Shown here piece after piece: positions 40,097 through 50,104 of a stretch of DNA of 64,000 nucleotides. The DNA is from Penicillus capitatus (lineage: Eukaryota > Plantae > Chlorophyta), in NCBI GenBank assembly GCA_965649825.1, contig OZ287723.1:19874-83873 (forward strand), read 5' to 3'. A program made the position numbers and the translations under genes. Each line of letters starts with the position of its first letter. The stretch's first letter is position 1. Below the pieces are notes generated by a model that saw only the letters and a program-made list of their open reading frames with translations, was not told where the DNA came from and did not search any database.

Positions 40097-41224
40097 TCAA
40101 GAATAATCGTACAATCGGTTCAATGCTTGAAACATTTTGTTATTAAATTTGATTAATTTTTTTTCTTTTCGTTCATATATTGATAGATTTTGTTTATTTT
40201 TTATTTTGTTAAATACCTTTTCTGTATTTTTATAAAGTGCGAGCAACTCATTTTTAGAAAAATGAGCTTTGGCATCTTTACTTATAGCATTCCGATAAGT
40301 TTTTTTTTTTTTTAATTTCCGACGAAATTTTTCTTCACTTAAAAAATCTGATGATTTTAAAATTCCTAGAGGAATTTTACCTTTGCGTCTCAATCTCAAA
40401 GGTGCTTCATGAAATAAACGTATTGTTTCAAAAATAGCAACTTTTAAAAAGTCACGAGGAACAATTAAATCTATTAAACCATGATCTACTAAATATTCGG
40501 AAGTTTGAAAATTTTCAGGTAAATCTTCTTGTAAAGTTTGTTTAATAACACGACGTCCAGCAAAACCAATTAAAGCATTAGGTTCTGCGTAAATTATATC
40601 CCCAAGCATAGCAAAACTAGCCAGAACACCACCTGTTGTAGGTGAGGTCAAAATTGAAATATACAGTAAATTAGCCTTATTTTGATGAATATTTAGCGCA
40701 GCCGAAATTTTTGCCATTTGCATTAAGCTAAAAACTCCTTCATGTATACGAGCCCCACCTGAAGCGCAAATGATAACTAATGCTAAGCCCTGGTGGGTAG
40801 CATATTCGATTAATCGAGTAAATTTTTCTCCAACAACAGAACCCATACTACCTCCCATAAAATTAAAATCCATAATACCAAGTGCAATAGGTATACCGTC
40901 AAGTATACCAGTGCCTGTTATAACAGCTTCTTGAAAATTGTTTTCAAGTTGTGCATCGTTTAAACGCGATAAATAACTTCTTTTATCAGAAAAGTTCAAC
41001 GGATCAATAGAAGATAAAGTTTCATCGAAAGGTTGCCATGTTCCGGGATCGATTAAATATTCTAAACGTTCACGACCATTCATTAGTAAATGAGTATCAC
41101 AAGACGAACAAACAAAATAATTTTTTTTTAAATGTTTAATATAAAGGATAGCTCCACAGTTATGACAACGCGTCCATAAACCACGTTCATCGATAGGTGA
41201 GTTCAGCCATGATAAAATAGCCAT
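40097..41224 (-). CDS. accD: acetyl-CoA carboxylase beta subunit
   Basis: LWTRCHNC zinc finger, MDFNFMGGSMGSVVGEK, PTTGGVLASF; Lys-rich C-terminal extension. Confidence 0.96.
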   Translation of the reverse strand: MAILSWLNSPIDERGLWTRCHNCGAILYIKHLKKNYFVCSSCDTHLLMNGRERLEYLIDPGTWQPFDETLSSIDPLNFSDKRSYLSRLNDAQLENNFQEAVITGTGILDGIPIALGIMDFNFMGGSMGSVVGEKFTRLIEYATHQGLALVIICASGGARIHEGVFSLMQMAKISAALNIHQNKANLLYISILTSPTTGGVLASFAMLGDIIYAEPNALIGFAGRRVIKQTLQEDLPENFQTSEYLVDHGLIDLIVPRDFLKVAIFETIRLFHEAPLRLRRKGKIPLGILKSSDFLSEEKFRRKLKKKKTYRNAISKDAKAHFSKNELLALYKNTEKVFNKIKNKQNLSIYERKEKKLIKFNNKMFQALNRLYDYS

Positions 41225-41253
41225 AATTTTATTTATTTATTTTATTTATTTAT

Positions 41254-41766
41254 TTATTTTTTGAGTGTAAATCTTTTATTTTTTAATTTTTTATTTTTTA
41301 ATTTTTTAGTTTTTTTTTTTTTTGTTTTTATAAAACGATTTGCATCAGCTATACGTTGAACTTCTTCTTTTTTACGAAAAGCATTTCCAACTTTTTTCGA
41401 TGCATCAATGAATTCATTTGCTAAATTTATAGCAAAAGTATTTCCTGATCTTTTTTTTGCCGAACCTAATATCCAACTAATTCCACGAGAAATTCCACGA
41501 TTTAAGTCAAGTTCAACAGGAATCGGAAAAACAGAACTACCGCGACGACGTGTTTGTAATTTAACGGATGGGGTTGTATTACTAATCGCCTTTTCAATAA
41601 TCAAAAGAGGATCTTTTTCTGTTTTATTTTGAATATTTACTAAACTTTTTTGAAGAATACGATGTGCCAATTTTTTCTTCCCATGCCGCATAATTCGTTG
41701 ACTTATAAGAAATAAGTAATCCGAATTATTACATTTGTATTTATTTATATATTTAGTACGTGACAT
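41254..41766 (-). CDS. rps7: 30S ribosomal protein S7
   Basis: IMRHGKKKLAHRI; AFRKKEEVQRIADANR; follows rps12. Confidence 0.95.
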   Translation of the reverse strand: MSRTKYINKYKCNNSDYLFLISQRIMRHGKKKLAHRILQKSLVNIQNKTEKDPLLIIEKAISNTTPSVKLQTRRRGSSVFPIPVELDLNRGISRGISWILGSAKKRSGNTFAINLANEFIDASKKVGNAFRKKEEVQRIADANRFIKTKKKKTKKLKNKKLKNKRFTLKK

Positions 41767-41776
41767 AGATAATATC

Positions 41777-42160
41777 TTAAGTTAGTTTAGTTTCTTTTTT
41801 TTTTACACCATATTTTGATCTACCTTGATGTCGATAGCGAACGCTAGCAGTATCTAAAGTTCCACGAATAATTCTATAACGCACACCGGGTAAATCTTTA
41901 ACGCGACCACCCCGAATTAAAACAATTGCATGTTCTTGCAAATTATGACCAATGCCCGGTATAGAAGCAGTAACTTCAAAACCAGAAGTTAAACGAACTC
42001 TAGCAACTTTACGAATTGCCGAATTAGGTTTTTTTGGCGTTATAGTAAAAACACGTATACAAACTCCACGACGTTGTGGACAAGACTTCAAAGCAAGAGA
42101 TTTTATTCTTTTCGACGATTTTTTTCGAGCAGATTGCACTAATTGTTGAACTGTTGGCAT
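41777..42160 (-). CDS. rps12: 30S ribosomal protein S12
   Basis: MPTVQQLV...TPKKPNSA...[10 protein letters not shown]; true start at the ATG at 42160. Confidence 0.98.
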   Translation of the reverse strand: MPTVQQLVQSARKKSSKRIKSLALKSCPQRRGVCIRVFTITPKKPNSAIRKVARVRLTSGFEVTASIPGIGHNLQEHAIVLIRGGRVKDLPGVRYRIIRGTLDTASVRYRHQGRSKYGVKKKETKLT

Positions 42161-42193
42161 AATAAAGTTTTTTGATAAAATAATAAAATAAAA

Positions 42194-42222
42194 AGAAGAG
42201 CCCACCTCTGGTGGGTTCTTCT
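42194..42222 (-). terminator. rbcL 3' stem-loop
   Basis: AGAAGAGCCCACC-TCT-GGTGGGTTCTTCT, GC-rich hairpin 10 nt after the rbcL stop. Confidence 0.75.
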
Positions 42223-42232
42223 ATATTGAATT

Positions 42233-43660
42233 TTAAAGAGTATCGATTGTTTCAAATTCAAATTTAATTTCTTTCCATACAACACAAGCTGCAGCAAGTT
42301 CAGGACTCCATTTAGATGCATCACGAATAATATCATTCCCTTCGGAAGCAAGAGAACGTCCTTCATTACGTGCTTGTACACAAACTTCACAAGCGATACG
42401 ATTCGCTGCAGCTCCCGGAGCATTTCCCCAAGGATGACCTAATGTTCCACCACCAAATTGTAAACAAGCATCATCTCCAAAAATTTCAACTAATGCAGGC
42501 ATATGCCAAACATGAATACCACCAGAAGCAACAGGTATTACCCCAGGCAATGAGACCCAATCTTGAGTAAAGTAAATCCCGCGCTTACGATCTTTTTCAC
42601 AAAAATTATCGCGCATTAAATCTACAAAACCTAAAGTTACTTCACGTTCACCTTCAAGTTTACCTACAACAGTTCCTGCATGTAAATGATCACCACCCGA
42701 AAGCCGCAAAGCTTTTGCAAGAACTCTAAAATGCATTCCATGAATTTTTTGACGGTCAATCACAGCATGCATTGCACGATGAATATGTAATAATAAACTA
42801 TGATCCCGGCAGTAATGTGCAAGAGATGTATTCGCTGTAAAACCTCCAGTTAAATAATCATGCATGATAATAGGTACACCTAATTCTTTTGCACATTCAG
42901 CTCTTTTTATCATTTCATCACAATGACCCGCAGTAGCATTTAAATAATGTCCTTTAATTTCACCTGTTTCGGCTTGTGATTTATAAATAGCTTCGGCAAC
43001 AAAAAGAAAACGATCACGCCAACGCATAAATGGCTGAGAATTTACATTTTCATCATCTTTTGTAAAATCAAGCCCACCACGTAAACCTTCATAAACCGCA
43101 CGTCCATAATTTTTAGCAGAAAGACCTAATTTAGGTTTAATAGTACAACCTAAAAATGGACGTCCATATTTATTGAGTTTATCACGTTCAACTTGAATTC
43201 CATGAGGTGGTCCTTGAAAAGTTTTAATATATGAAGGAGGAATACGTAAATCTTCAAGGCGTAATGCTCTTAAAGCTTTAAATCCGAAAACATTTCCAAC
43301 AATAGAAGTAAATAAATTTGTAACAGAACCTTCTTCAAAAAGATCTAATGGATATGCAACATAAGCAATAAATTGATTTTCTTCACCAGGAATTGCTTCA
43401 ATATCATAACAACGCCCTTTATATTTATCTAAACTTGTAAGACCATCTGTCCATACAGTTGTCCATGTTCCTGTTGAAGATTCTGCCGCAACTGCGGCAC
43501 CTGCTTCTTCCGGAGGCACACCTGGTTGAGGTGTCATTCGAAATGCTGCAAGGATATCCGTTTCTGATACTTGATAATCTGGTGTATAATATGTTAAACG
43601 ATATTCTTTAACTCCAGCTTTAAATCCAGCACCAGCTTTTGTTTCTGTTTGTGGTCCCAT
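42233..43660 (-). CDS. rbcL: RuBisCO large subunit
   Basis: 475 aa; [17 protein letters not shown] active-site motif. Confidence 0.99.
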   Translation of the reverse strand: MGPQTETKAGAGFKAGVKEYRLTYYTPDYQVSETDILAAFRMTPQPGVPPEEAGAAVAAESSTGTWTTVWTDGLTSLDKYKGRCYDIEAIPGEENQFIAYVAYPLDLFEEGSVTNLFTSIVGNVFGFKALRALRLEDLRIPPSYIKTFQGPPHGIQVERDKLNKYGRPFLGCTIKPKLGLSAKNYGRAVYEGLRGGLDFTKDDENVNSQPFMRWRDRFLFVAEAIYKSQAETGEIKGHYLNATAGHCDEMIKRAECAKELGVPIIMHDYLTGGFTANTSLAHYCRDHSLLLHIHRAMHAVIDRQKIHGMHFRVLAKALRLSGGDHLHAGTVVGKLEGEREVTLGFVDLMRDNFCEKDRKRGIYFTQDWVSLPGVIPVASGGIHVWHMPALVEIFGDDACLQFGGGTLGHPWGNAPGAAANRIACEVCVQARNEGRSLASEGNDIIRDASKWSPELAAACVVWKEIKFEFETIDTL

Positions 43661-43739
43661 ATCTATTTCTACTTAAATGATTAAATAACGATTTTTTGCA
43701 ACAACCCGTATACATTGTTTTATATTATAATGTTTGTTT

Positions 43740-43850
43740 TTAAAGTAACCGATCACCACGTTTATATTGGAGATAAGCTGCAACAAATAAACCAGCAATT
43801 GTTACTGGTACAAGTCCCAATACAATACCAGATAATAATGGTTCAACCAT
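43740..43850 (-). CDS. petG: cytochrome b6f subunit V
   Basis: [36 protein letters not shown]. Confidence 0.97.
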   Translation of the reverse strand: MVEPLLSGIVLGLVPVTIAGLFVAAYLQYKRGDRLL

Positions 43851-43924
43851 AATTGAATTCTTTTTATATTTTAAAGTGTAATAATATTTGAGAAAAAAGT
43901 CAAATAATAGCGCGTAGGTTATTT

Positions 43925-43998
43925 GAGTATGGAGGGACTCGAACCCCCGACCTTATGGTTCGTAGCCATAGACTCTAATCCACTAAGCTACATACCCA
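43925..43998 (-). tRNA. trnR: tRNA-Arg(ACG)
   Basis: GGGTATGTAGCTTAGTGG start, CTACGAA loop. Confidence 0.9.
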
Positions 43999-43999
43999 A

Positions 44000-44072
44000 G
44001 GCGGACGACGGGAATCGAACCCGCGAATGATGGTGCCACAAACCATTACCTTACCACTTGGCGACGCCCACC
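44000..44072 (-). tRNA. trnH: tRNA-His(GUG)
   Basis: GTG anticodon (TTGTGGC loop), standard T arm. Confidence 0.9.
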
Positions 44073-44221
44073 ATGATCGTCATAATCAAAATTTATTTTT
44101 GATTTTTTTAATAAAAATGTCAAGACCAAAATTTGATTTTACATAATCGATTTTTTCTGTACTCTTTAATCAATAATATAAAGCGGCTTAAATTTTATAG
44201 TGAAATCATTGATTTAAAATT

Positions 44222-44338
44222 ATGACAGCACCCTATTTACCAGAAATCTTTGTACCACTTGTTGGTCTATTTTTTCCTACAGTAACTATGGCATCCATTT
44301 TTCTTTATATTGAAATTTCACGAAATGAAATAAATTAA
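44222..44338 (+). CDS. psaI: photosystem I subunit VIII
   Basis: [38 protein letters not shown]. Confidence 0.95.
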   Translation: MTAPYLPEIFVPLVGLFFPTVTMASIFLYIEISRNEIN

Positions 44339-44392
44339 ATAAATTTTGAATCGCATCAATGAAAAGAAAATTTTTAATTATTTAATTAATTC

Positions 44393-45340
44393 ATGTTTTT
44401 AAAAAAATTCTATTTTTTTAGTTTATTTTTTTTCGTACTATTTACAACAAATAATGCAATTGGTTACCCTATCTTTGCTCAGCAAAATTATGAAAATCCA
44501 CGTGAAGCAAATGGAAGGATTGTGTGTGCAAATTGTCATTTAGCTGAAAAACCTGTTGAACTACAAATTCCACAAGCTGTTTTACCAGATACAGTTTTTG
44601 AAGCTGTTGTTAAAATTCCATACGACCAACAAATTCAACAAGTTTTAGGTAATGGAAAAAAAGGCCCACTAAATGTAGGAGCTGTTCTTATTTTACCAGA
44701 AGGATTTCAATTAGCACCAAAAGATCGAATTCCTCCAGAACTTAAAAAACAGGTTAAAAGATTAAGTTTCCAACCTTATAGTAAAACTCAAAAAAATATT
44801 TTAGTTGTTGGACCTGTTCCTGGAAAAAAATATAATAAAATGGTTTTTCCAATCCTTTCCCCCGACCCAAATGGAACAAACGAAACAAAAGATAAAAAAA
44901 GTTATTTTTTAAAATATCCAATTTATTTAGGAGCTAACCGTGGACGTGGTCAAGTTTATGCAGATGGTTCAAAAAGTAATAATACAATTTATACATCACC
45001 AGTCACTGGAAAAATAATTCAAATATCTGAACCAACCAACGAATTATCCCAATTTGAAATTCAAATTGAAACTGATTCGGGTGATAAAATTATTGAAAAA
45101 ATACCATTAGGACCTGAAATTATTGTAAGTGTTAACCAAATCGTTCAACAAGATCAACCTTTAACAAACAATCCAAATATTGGTGGTTTTGGCCAGCAAA
45201 ACGGAGAAATTGTATTACAAAATCCGAAACGGATTTTCGGTTATCTCATTTTTGTATTTAGTGTACTTTTGACACAAATTTTTTTAGTTCTAAAGAAAAA
45301 ACAGTTTGAAAAAGTCCAATTATTTCAAATGAATTTTTAA
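44393..45340 (+). CDS. petA: apocytochrome f
   Basis: [25 protein letters not shown] heme motif; C-terminal TM helix and KKKQFEKVQ. Confidence 0.98.
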   Translation: MFLKKFYFFSLFFFVLFTTNNAIGYPIFAQQNYENPREANGRIVCANCHLAEKPVELQIPQAVLPDTVFEAVVKIPYDQQIQQVLGNGKKGPLNVGAVLILPEGFQLAPKDRIPPELKKQVKRLSFQPYSKTQKNILVVGPVPGKKYNKMVFPILSPDPNGTNETKDKKSYFLKYPIYLGANRGRGQVYADGSKSNNTIYTSPVTGKIIQISEPTNELSQFEIQIETDSGDKIIEKIPLGPEIIVSVNQIVQQDQPLTNNPNIGGFGQQNGEIVLQNPKRIFGYLIFVFSVLLTQIFLVLKKKQFEKVQLFQMNF

Positions 45341-45381
45341 ATTTAAAAAGCTAGAAGCTAGGTACTCGCTACCTAAGTAGG

Positions 45382-45468
45382 GCATATATGGCTGAGTGGT
45401 CGAAAGCAATGGACTCATAATCCATTTCCGTTTTACGGACAACGTAGGTTCAAACCCTACTATATGCA
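45382..45468 (+). tRNA. trnI: tRNA-Ile(CAU) (lysidine type), with long variable arm
   Basis: GCATATATGGCTGAGTGG...CTCATAA...TATATGCA resembles plastid trnI(CAU); conserved position upstream of rpl23. Confidence 0.85.
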
Positions 45469-45543
45469 GCATTTCAAATAAAAATAACTGTTTTAAAAAT
45501 AAACTATAAAATTTTTAAAAAAATTTAAAAATATATTTTTATT

Positions 45544-45822
45544 ATGAATAAATTTAATGAAATACAATGGAGTAAAAACATATTTAATTTTTTAAAACAA
45601 CCGATTATTACAGATAAAACAATAAAATTTTTTGAACGAAAACAATATGTATTTGATGTGAATCTTCAATTAACAAAAAAACAAATCAAAAAAATTTTTG
45701 AAGAATATTACGGAATTCCAATAAAATCAATAAAAACTTTTCGCAAAAATGAAAAAAATAAAAAAAGTCCAAATAAACGTGTAATTTTACGTTTTTTAAA
45801 ACGCATACCTATTTTATTTTAA
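45544..45822 (+). CDS. rpl23: 50S ribosomal protein L23
   Basis: KQPIITDKT, QYVFDV...LTKKQIK; first gene of the ribosomal cluster. Confidence 0.9.
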   Translation: MNKFNEIQWSKNIFNFLKQPIITDKTIKFFERKQYVFDVNLQLTKKQIKKIFEEYYGIPIKSIKTFRKNEKNKKSPNKRVILRFLKRIPILF

Positions 45823-45825
45823 TTA

Positions 45826-46560
45826 ATGTTTAAAAAAAACAAATACCACTATCAAAGAAAAAGAGGACGAAATAATCATGGAAAAATAACAAGTCGACAT
45901 CGGGGTGGAGGACATTCACGTCTTTATAGACAAATAGAATTCCAAAAAATGAAAATTAATTTATTAGGTATAGTTCAAACAATTGAATATGATCCGAATC
46001 GTTCGGCAAAAATTGCAGGAATACTTTATAAAGATGGCTCCAAAATTTATCGAATTTCCCAACTTAACTTAAAAATAGGAGATTCTTTGTTAGCAAGTTT
46101 TGTTGCACCTTTAAATATTGGAAATACATTACCTCTGAAAAATATTCCTTTAGGTACAAAAGTTTCAAATATAGAACCTTTTCCTGGCCGCGGTGGGAAA
46201 TTTGTACGAGCTGCGGGAACAAGTGCTTTATTACTGGCAAAATTTGGCCCATGGGTTACTTTACGTTTACCATCCAAACAAATACGCCTTTTTTCCCAAT
46301 ATTCTTGGGCTACTATTGGTCAAGTAAGTAATATTAATCATTTAAATAAAAGACTTAAAAAAGCTGGACGATCACGTTGGTTAGGTTTACGGCCAAAAGT
46401 TCGGGGTTCGGCTCAAAATCCAGTTGATCATCCTCACGGCGGAGGAGAGGGTCGAACACCTATTGGTCGAAATCACCCAGTAACTCCTTGGGGAAAACCT
46501 ACGTTAGGAAAAACGACAAGACGTCCAAAAAAATATAGTGATTCATTAATTATTAGCTAA
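45826..46560 (+). CDS. rpl2: 50S ribosomal protein L2
   Basis: [17 protein letters not shown]; [17 protein letters not shown]. Confidence 0.98.
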   Translation: MFKKNKYHYQRKRGRNNHGKITSRHRGGGHSRLYRQIEFQKMKINLLGIVQTIEYDPNRSAKIAGILYKDGSKIYRISQLNLKIGDSLLASFVAPLNIGNTLPLKNIPLGTKVSNIEPFPGRGGKFVRAAGTSALLLAKFGPWVTLRLPSKQIRLFSQYSWATIGQVSNINHLNKRLKKAGRSRWLGLRPKVRGSAQNPVDHPHGGGEGRTPIGRNHPVTPWGKPTLGKTTRRPKKYSDSLIIS

Positions 46561-46842
46561 ATGCGTTTAAGAAAATCGAAATCTTTTTTTGTTGCTAAAC
46601 ATTTAATTAAAAAAATTCAAAAATTTAATTTTCAAAAACAAAAAACGGTAATTTCAACATGGTCACGATCCTCAGTAATTATTCCTATTATGATTGGACA
46701 TACAATTGCAGTTTATAATGGTAAACAACATATCCCAATTTATATTACAGAACGAATGGTTGGTCATAAATTAGGAGAATTTTCTCCAACTCGTTTTTTT
46801 CGAAGTCATAAAAAAACAGATAAAAAATCAAAACGCCGTTAA
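46561..46842 (+). CDS. rps19: 30S ribosomal protein S19
   Basis: [23 protein letters not shown]; [13 protein letters not shown]. Confidence 0.98.
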   Translation: MRLRKSKSFFVAKHLIKKIQKFNFQKQKTVISTWSRSSVIIPIMIGHTIAVYNGKQHIPIYITERMVGHKLGEFSPTRFFRSHKKTDKKSKRR

Positions 46843-46852
46843 TTAATACGTC

Positions 46853-47512
46853 ATGGGTCAAAAAGTACATCCAATCGGTTTTCGTTTAGGTATCTCTCAA
46901 ATGCATTTGTCGCAATGGTTTGCTCAAAAGAAAGATTATTCAACATATTTATTTGAAGATAATTTCTTAAGAAAAACTCTTCAACAACGCTATACAGAAA
47001 TTGAAAAAATTAAAATTTTTCGAAAAATACAAGATTACTTAACAATAAAAATTTATATAGAAAATCCACACATTTTAGTAGGCAGAAAAGGTAAAAATTT
47101 ACCTAAATTTCACCAAGAAATAAAAAAAATTCTTCAAAACTATAGAAGAAAAATTTCTGCGAATGAAAATATAAAAGTTAAATTATATGTTATTAGCTCT
47201 TATAGGAATCAACCGAGTGCATCTTTCATTGCAAATTTTGTCAAAAAATTATTAGAAACGCGTACTCGATATAGGCGGGCATTCAATTTATTATTTAAGA
47301 AAAAACTTAATTTTCGTCGAACTCAATTTCAAGGTATAAAAATTCAAATTTCAGGTCGTTTAAATGGTGCTGAAATTGCTCGACGAGAATGGAAAAGAGA
47401 AGGTGCACTTCCTCTGCAAACTTTAAACGCAGATGTAGATTATGTTTACAAACAAGCACAGACTATTTATGGAATTTTAGGTATTAAAGTTTGGGTTTTC
47501 TATAAAAATTAA
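46853..47512 (+). CDS. rps3: 30S ribosomal protein S3
   Basis: MGQKVHPIGFRLG; GRLNGAEIAR; YGILGIKVW. Confidence 0.98.
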   Translation: MGQKVHPIGFRLGISQMHLSQWFAQKKDYSTYLFEDNFLRKTLQQRYTEIEKIKIFRKIQDYLTIKIYIENPHILVGRKGKNLPKFHQEIKKILQNYRRKISANENIKVKLYVISSYRNQPSASFIANFVKKLLETRTRYRRAFNLLFKKKLNFRRTQFQGIKIQISGRLNGAEIARREWKREGALPLQTLNADVDYVYKQAQTIYGILGIKVWVFYKN

Positions 47513-47518
47513 AAACAA

Positions 47519-47923
47519 ATGTTACATCCAAAACGTACGAAATTTAGAAAAGCACACAGAGGTCGATTAAAAGGTAAAAAAATTTCAAAAATCTTTTTTT
47601 TTGGTGATTTTATTCTTCAAGCACTTGAACCTTGTTGGTTAACTGAACGTCAAATTGAAGCAGGTCGTCGAGTTATTTCACGAATAACAAAACGAAGTGG
47701 AAAAATTTGGATTCATCCATTTCCAGATAAACCTATTACATTTCGACCTACAGAAACACGAATGGGATCTGGAAAAGGAGCTCCAGAATATTGGGTCGCT
47801 GTCGTAAAACCTGGTCAAATTCTTTATGAAATTAAAGGTGTTTCTTCAAAAATTGCTCGTGAAGCATTAAAAAATGCAAGTTTTAAAATGCCAATTAAAA
47901 CAAAAATTCAATCATTTCAATGA
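47519..47923 (+). CDS. rpl16: 50S ribosomal protein L16
   Basis: [16 protein letters not shown]; [15 protein letters not shown]. Confidence 0.98.
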   Translation: MLHPKRTKFRKAHRGRLKGKKISKIFFFGDFILQALEPCWLTERQIEAGRRVISRITKRSGKIWIHPFPDKPITFRPTETRMGSGKGAPEYWVAVVKPGQILYEIKGVSSKIAREALKNASFKMPIKTKIQSFQ

Positions 47924-48294
47924 TTCAACCTCAAAGTTTTCTAAATGTTGCAGATAATACAGGAGCTCGTAAACTCATGTGTATTCGTGTTCTTAATAGT
48001 AGTCGCAAACAAAAAGCAAGTGTTGGAGATATTATTTTAGGGGTTGTTAAAGAAGCTCTACCGAATATGCAAATTCAAAAATCCGAAATTGTTCGAGCTG
48101 TTATTATACGTACTTCGAAAGCTATTCGTCGTAGAAAACATGGTGGCATGTCTATACGTTTTGATGAAAATGCCGCTGTTTTAATTAATAAAGAAGGTCT
48201 TCCTCGCGGAACTCGTATTTTTGGTCCTGTTGCTCGAGAACTTCGAGAGAAAAATTTTTTGAAAATTTTATCCCTAGCTTACGAGGTTGTTTAA
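47920..48294 (+). CDS. rpl14: 50S ribosomal protein L14
   Basis: [16 protein letters not shown]; [13 protein letters not shown]. Confidence 0.98.
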   Translation: MIQPQSFLNVADNTGARKLMCIRVLNSSRKQKASVGDIILGVVKEALPNMQIQKSEIVRAVIIRTSKAIRRRKHGGMSIRFDENAAVLINKEGLPRGTRIFGPVARELREKNFLKILSLAYEVV

Positions 48295-48316
48295 TTAATT
48301 TTGTTAATTTAAAATA

Positions 48317-48859
48317 ATGATATATACACAACGACTACAACGTTACTTTTTTGAACAAATTGTTCCGACTATTAATAATGCAAATGCAAATATATCTTTA
48401 TCTCAAATACCTCAATTACAGAAAATTGTAATAAATAGGGGAATTGGGGAGGCAAGTACGCAAATTTTCGATTCTTCCCTTCAAGAGTTTCAAAAAATTG
48501 CAGGCCAAAAGGCGTTAATTCGATATTCAAAAAAACCTATTGCTGGTTTCAATTTAAAAAAAAAAATACCAATTGGTGTTTCTGTTACTTTAAGACGAAA
48601 TTTTATGTATGGTTTTTTAGACAGGTTAATAAATTTAGCATTACCTCGCATTCGTGATTTTACAGGTTTATCAATAAAAAGTTTTGATGGATGTGGGAAT
48701 TATAATTTAGGTCTTGATGAGCAACTCATGTTTCCCGAAATCCATTACGATCAAATTCAACAAATACGTGGAATGGATATTGCAATTATAACAACTGCTA
48801 AAACAGATTCTGAAGCTTTAGCCTTGTTACAAACTTTCGGAATGCCCTTTCAAAACTAA
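48317..48859 (+). CDS. rpl5: 50S ribosomal protein L5
   Basis: PQLQKIVINRGIG; LALPRIRDFTG; FDGCGNYNLG. Confidence 0.97.
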   Translation: MIYTQRLQRYFFEQIVPTINNANANISLSQIPQLQKIVINRGIGEASTQIFDSSLQEFQKIAGQKALIRYSKKPIAGFNLKKKIPIGVSVTLRRNFMYGFLDRLINLALPRIRDFTGLSIKSFDGCGNYNLGLDEQLMFPEIHYDQIQQIRGMDIAIITTAKTDSEALALLQTFGMPFQN

Positions 48860-48888
48860 ATAATTAAATAATTAAATATATTAAATAT

Positions 48889-49272
48889 ATGGTTAATGAT
48901 TCTATTTCAGATTTTTTTACTCGTATGCGAAATGCAAGTTTAATTGGTTGCGATATAGTGAAAGTTTCTAAGAATAAAACAAATCAAAGTCTTATTCTAA
49001 TTTTGGCACGTCATGGTTTTGTTGAAAATTTTGCGATTCTTAATCGATCATTAATACTAACATTAAAAAAAAATCAAAAAAGACAAATAAATATGATTAA
49101 AATTCAACGAATTAGTCGTCCTGGGTGTCGTTTGTATGTCAAATATAAAAAGATTCCAAAAATTTGTGGAAAATTAGGTCTTGTTTTATTATCTACTTCT
49201 CATGGTATTTTAAGTGATCGAGAAGCATTAAACCTAAAAATTGGAGGAGAAATTATTGGTTTTATTGCATAA
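48889..49272 (+). CDS. rps8: 30S ribosomal protein S8
   Basis: [16 protein letters not shown]; [10 protein letters not shown]; [12 protein letters not shown]. Confidence 0.97.
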   Translation: MVNDSISDFFTRMRNASLIGCDIVKVSKNKTNQSLILILARHGFVENFAILNRSLILTLKKNQKRQINMIKIQRISRPGCRLYVKYKKIPKICGKLGLVLLSTSHGILSDREALNLKIGGEIIGFIA

Positions 49273-49550
49273 TGAAGAAGCAAATTGGTTTAAAACTTGA
49301 AGGTGTTGTTCAACAATGTCTCTCAAATGGTATGTTTCGCATTGAATTAGAGAATGGATTTAAGGTTATTGCTTATCTTTCAGGTCGGATACGTAAAAAT
49401 TTTATTCGAATTTTGTTAGGAGATAGTGTTATAGTTGAACTGAGTCCATATGATTTATCAAGAGGACGTATCATATATCGTTTAACACAAAGAAAACGAA
49501 AAAGAAAAAAAGAAAACGAAAAAAGAACGAAAAAGAAAAAAAAAAAATAA
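49272..49550 (+). CDS. infA: translation initiation factor 1
   Basis: [17 protein letters not shown]; [18 protein letters not shown]; Lys/Arg-rich tail. Confidence 0.96.
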   Translation: MKKQIGLKLEGVVQQCLSNGMFRIELENGFKVIAYLSGRIRKNFIRILLGDSVIVELSPYDLSRGRIIYRLTQRKRKRKKENEKRTKKKKKK

Positions 49551-49556
49551 ATAGTA

Positions 49557-49691
49557 ATGAAAGTTAGGGTATCTGTTAAAAAAATGTGTAAAAATTGTCG
49601 TCAAGTACGTAGAAAGGGTCAAATTTTGATTATTTGTGATAATCTTAAACATAAACAATGTCAAAAAAAAGCTCCAAAAAAAATATTTTAG
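49557..49691 (+). CDS. rpl36: 50S ribosomal protein L36
   Basis: [44 protein letters not shown]. Confidence 0.96.
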   Translation: MKVRVSVKKMCKNCRQVRRKGQILIICDNLKHKQCQKKAPKKIF

Positions 49692-49695
49692 TTTT

Positions 49696-50079
49696 ATGAA
49701 AAAACTAGTTCAAGGTGATGATATTATCATACATATTAAAGCTACTTTTAATAATACAATATTTACCTTAACAGATCTACAAGGCCAAGTACTTAATTGG
49801 GCTTCTGCTGGATCTTGTGGATTTAAAGGTGCTCGCAAATCAACTGCTTTTGCTGCAAAAAAATCTGCCGAAATTTTTATTAAAAAATCACTCGATTCTA
49901 TCTCGCGTTGCGGCCAACTTAAAATATATGTTTCTGGTATTGGCTCTGGGCGTGAAAATGCATTACGTAGTGTAATACGGTCAATTGAAAAACCTAATAA
50001 ACGTAAAATTCGAGCCATTCGTGAAACTACAAAAATTCCACATAATGGCTGCCGACCTCCAAAAAAACGTCGTTTATAA
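49696..50079 (+). CDS. rps11: 30S ribosomal protein S11
   Basis: HIKATFNNTI; SAGSCGFKGARKST; PHNGCRPPKKRR; start at the ATG at 49696. Confidence 0.97.
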   Translation: MKKLVQGDDIIIHIKATFNNTIFTLTDLQGQVLNWASAGSCGFKGARKSTAFAAKKSAEIFIKKSLDSISRCGQLKIYVSGIGSGRENALRSVIRSIEKPNKRKIRAIRETTKIPHNGCRPPKKRRL

Positions 50080-50104
50080 AAAAAAATTAAATAAAGCATT
50101 TATT

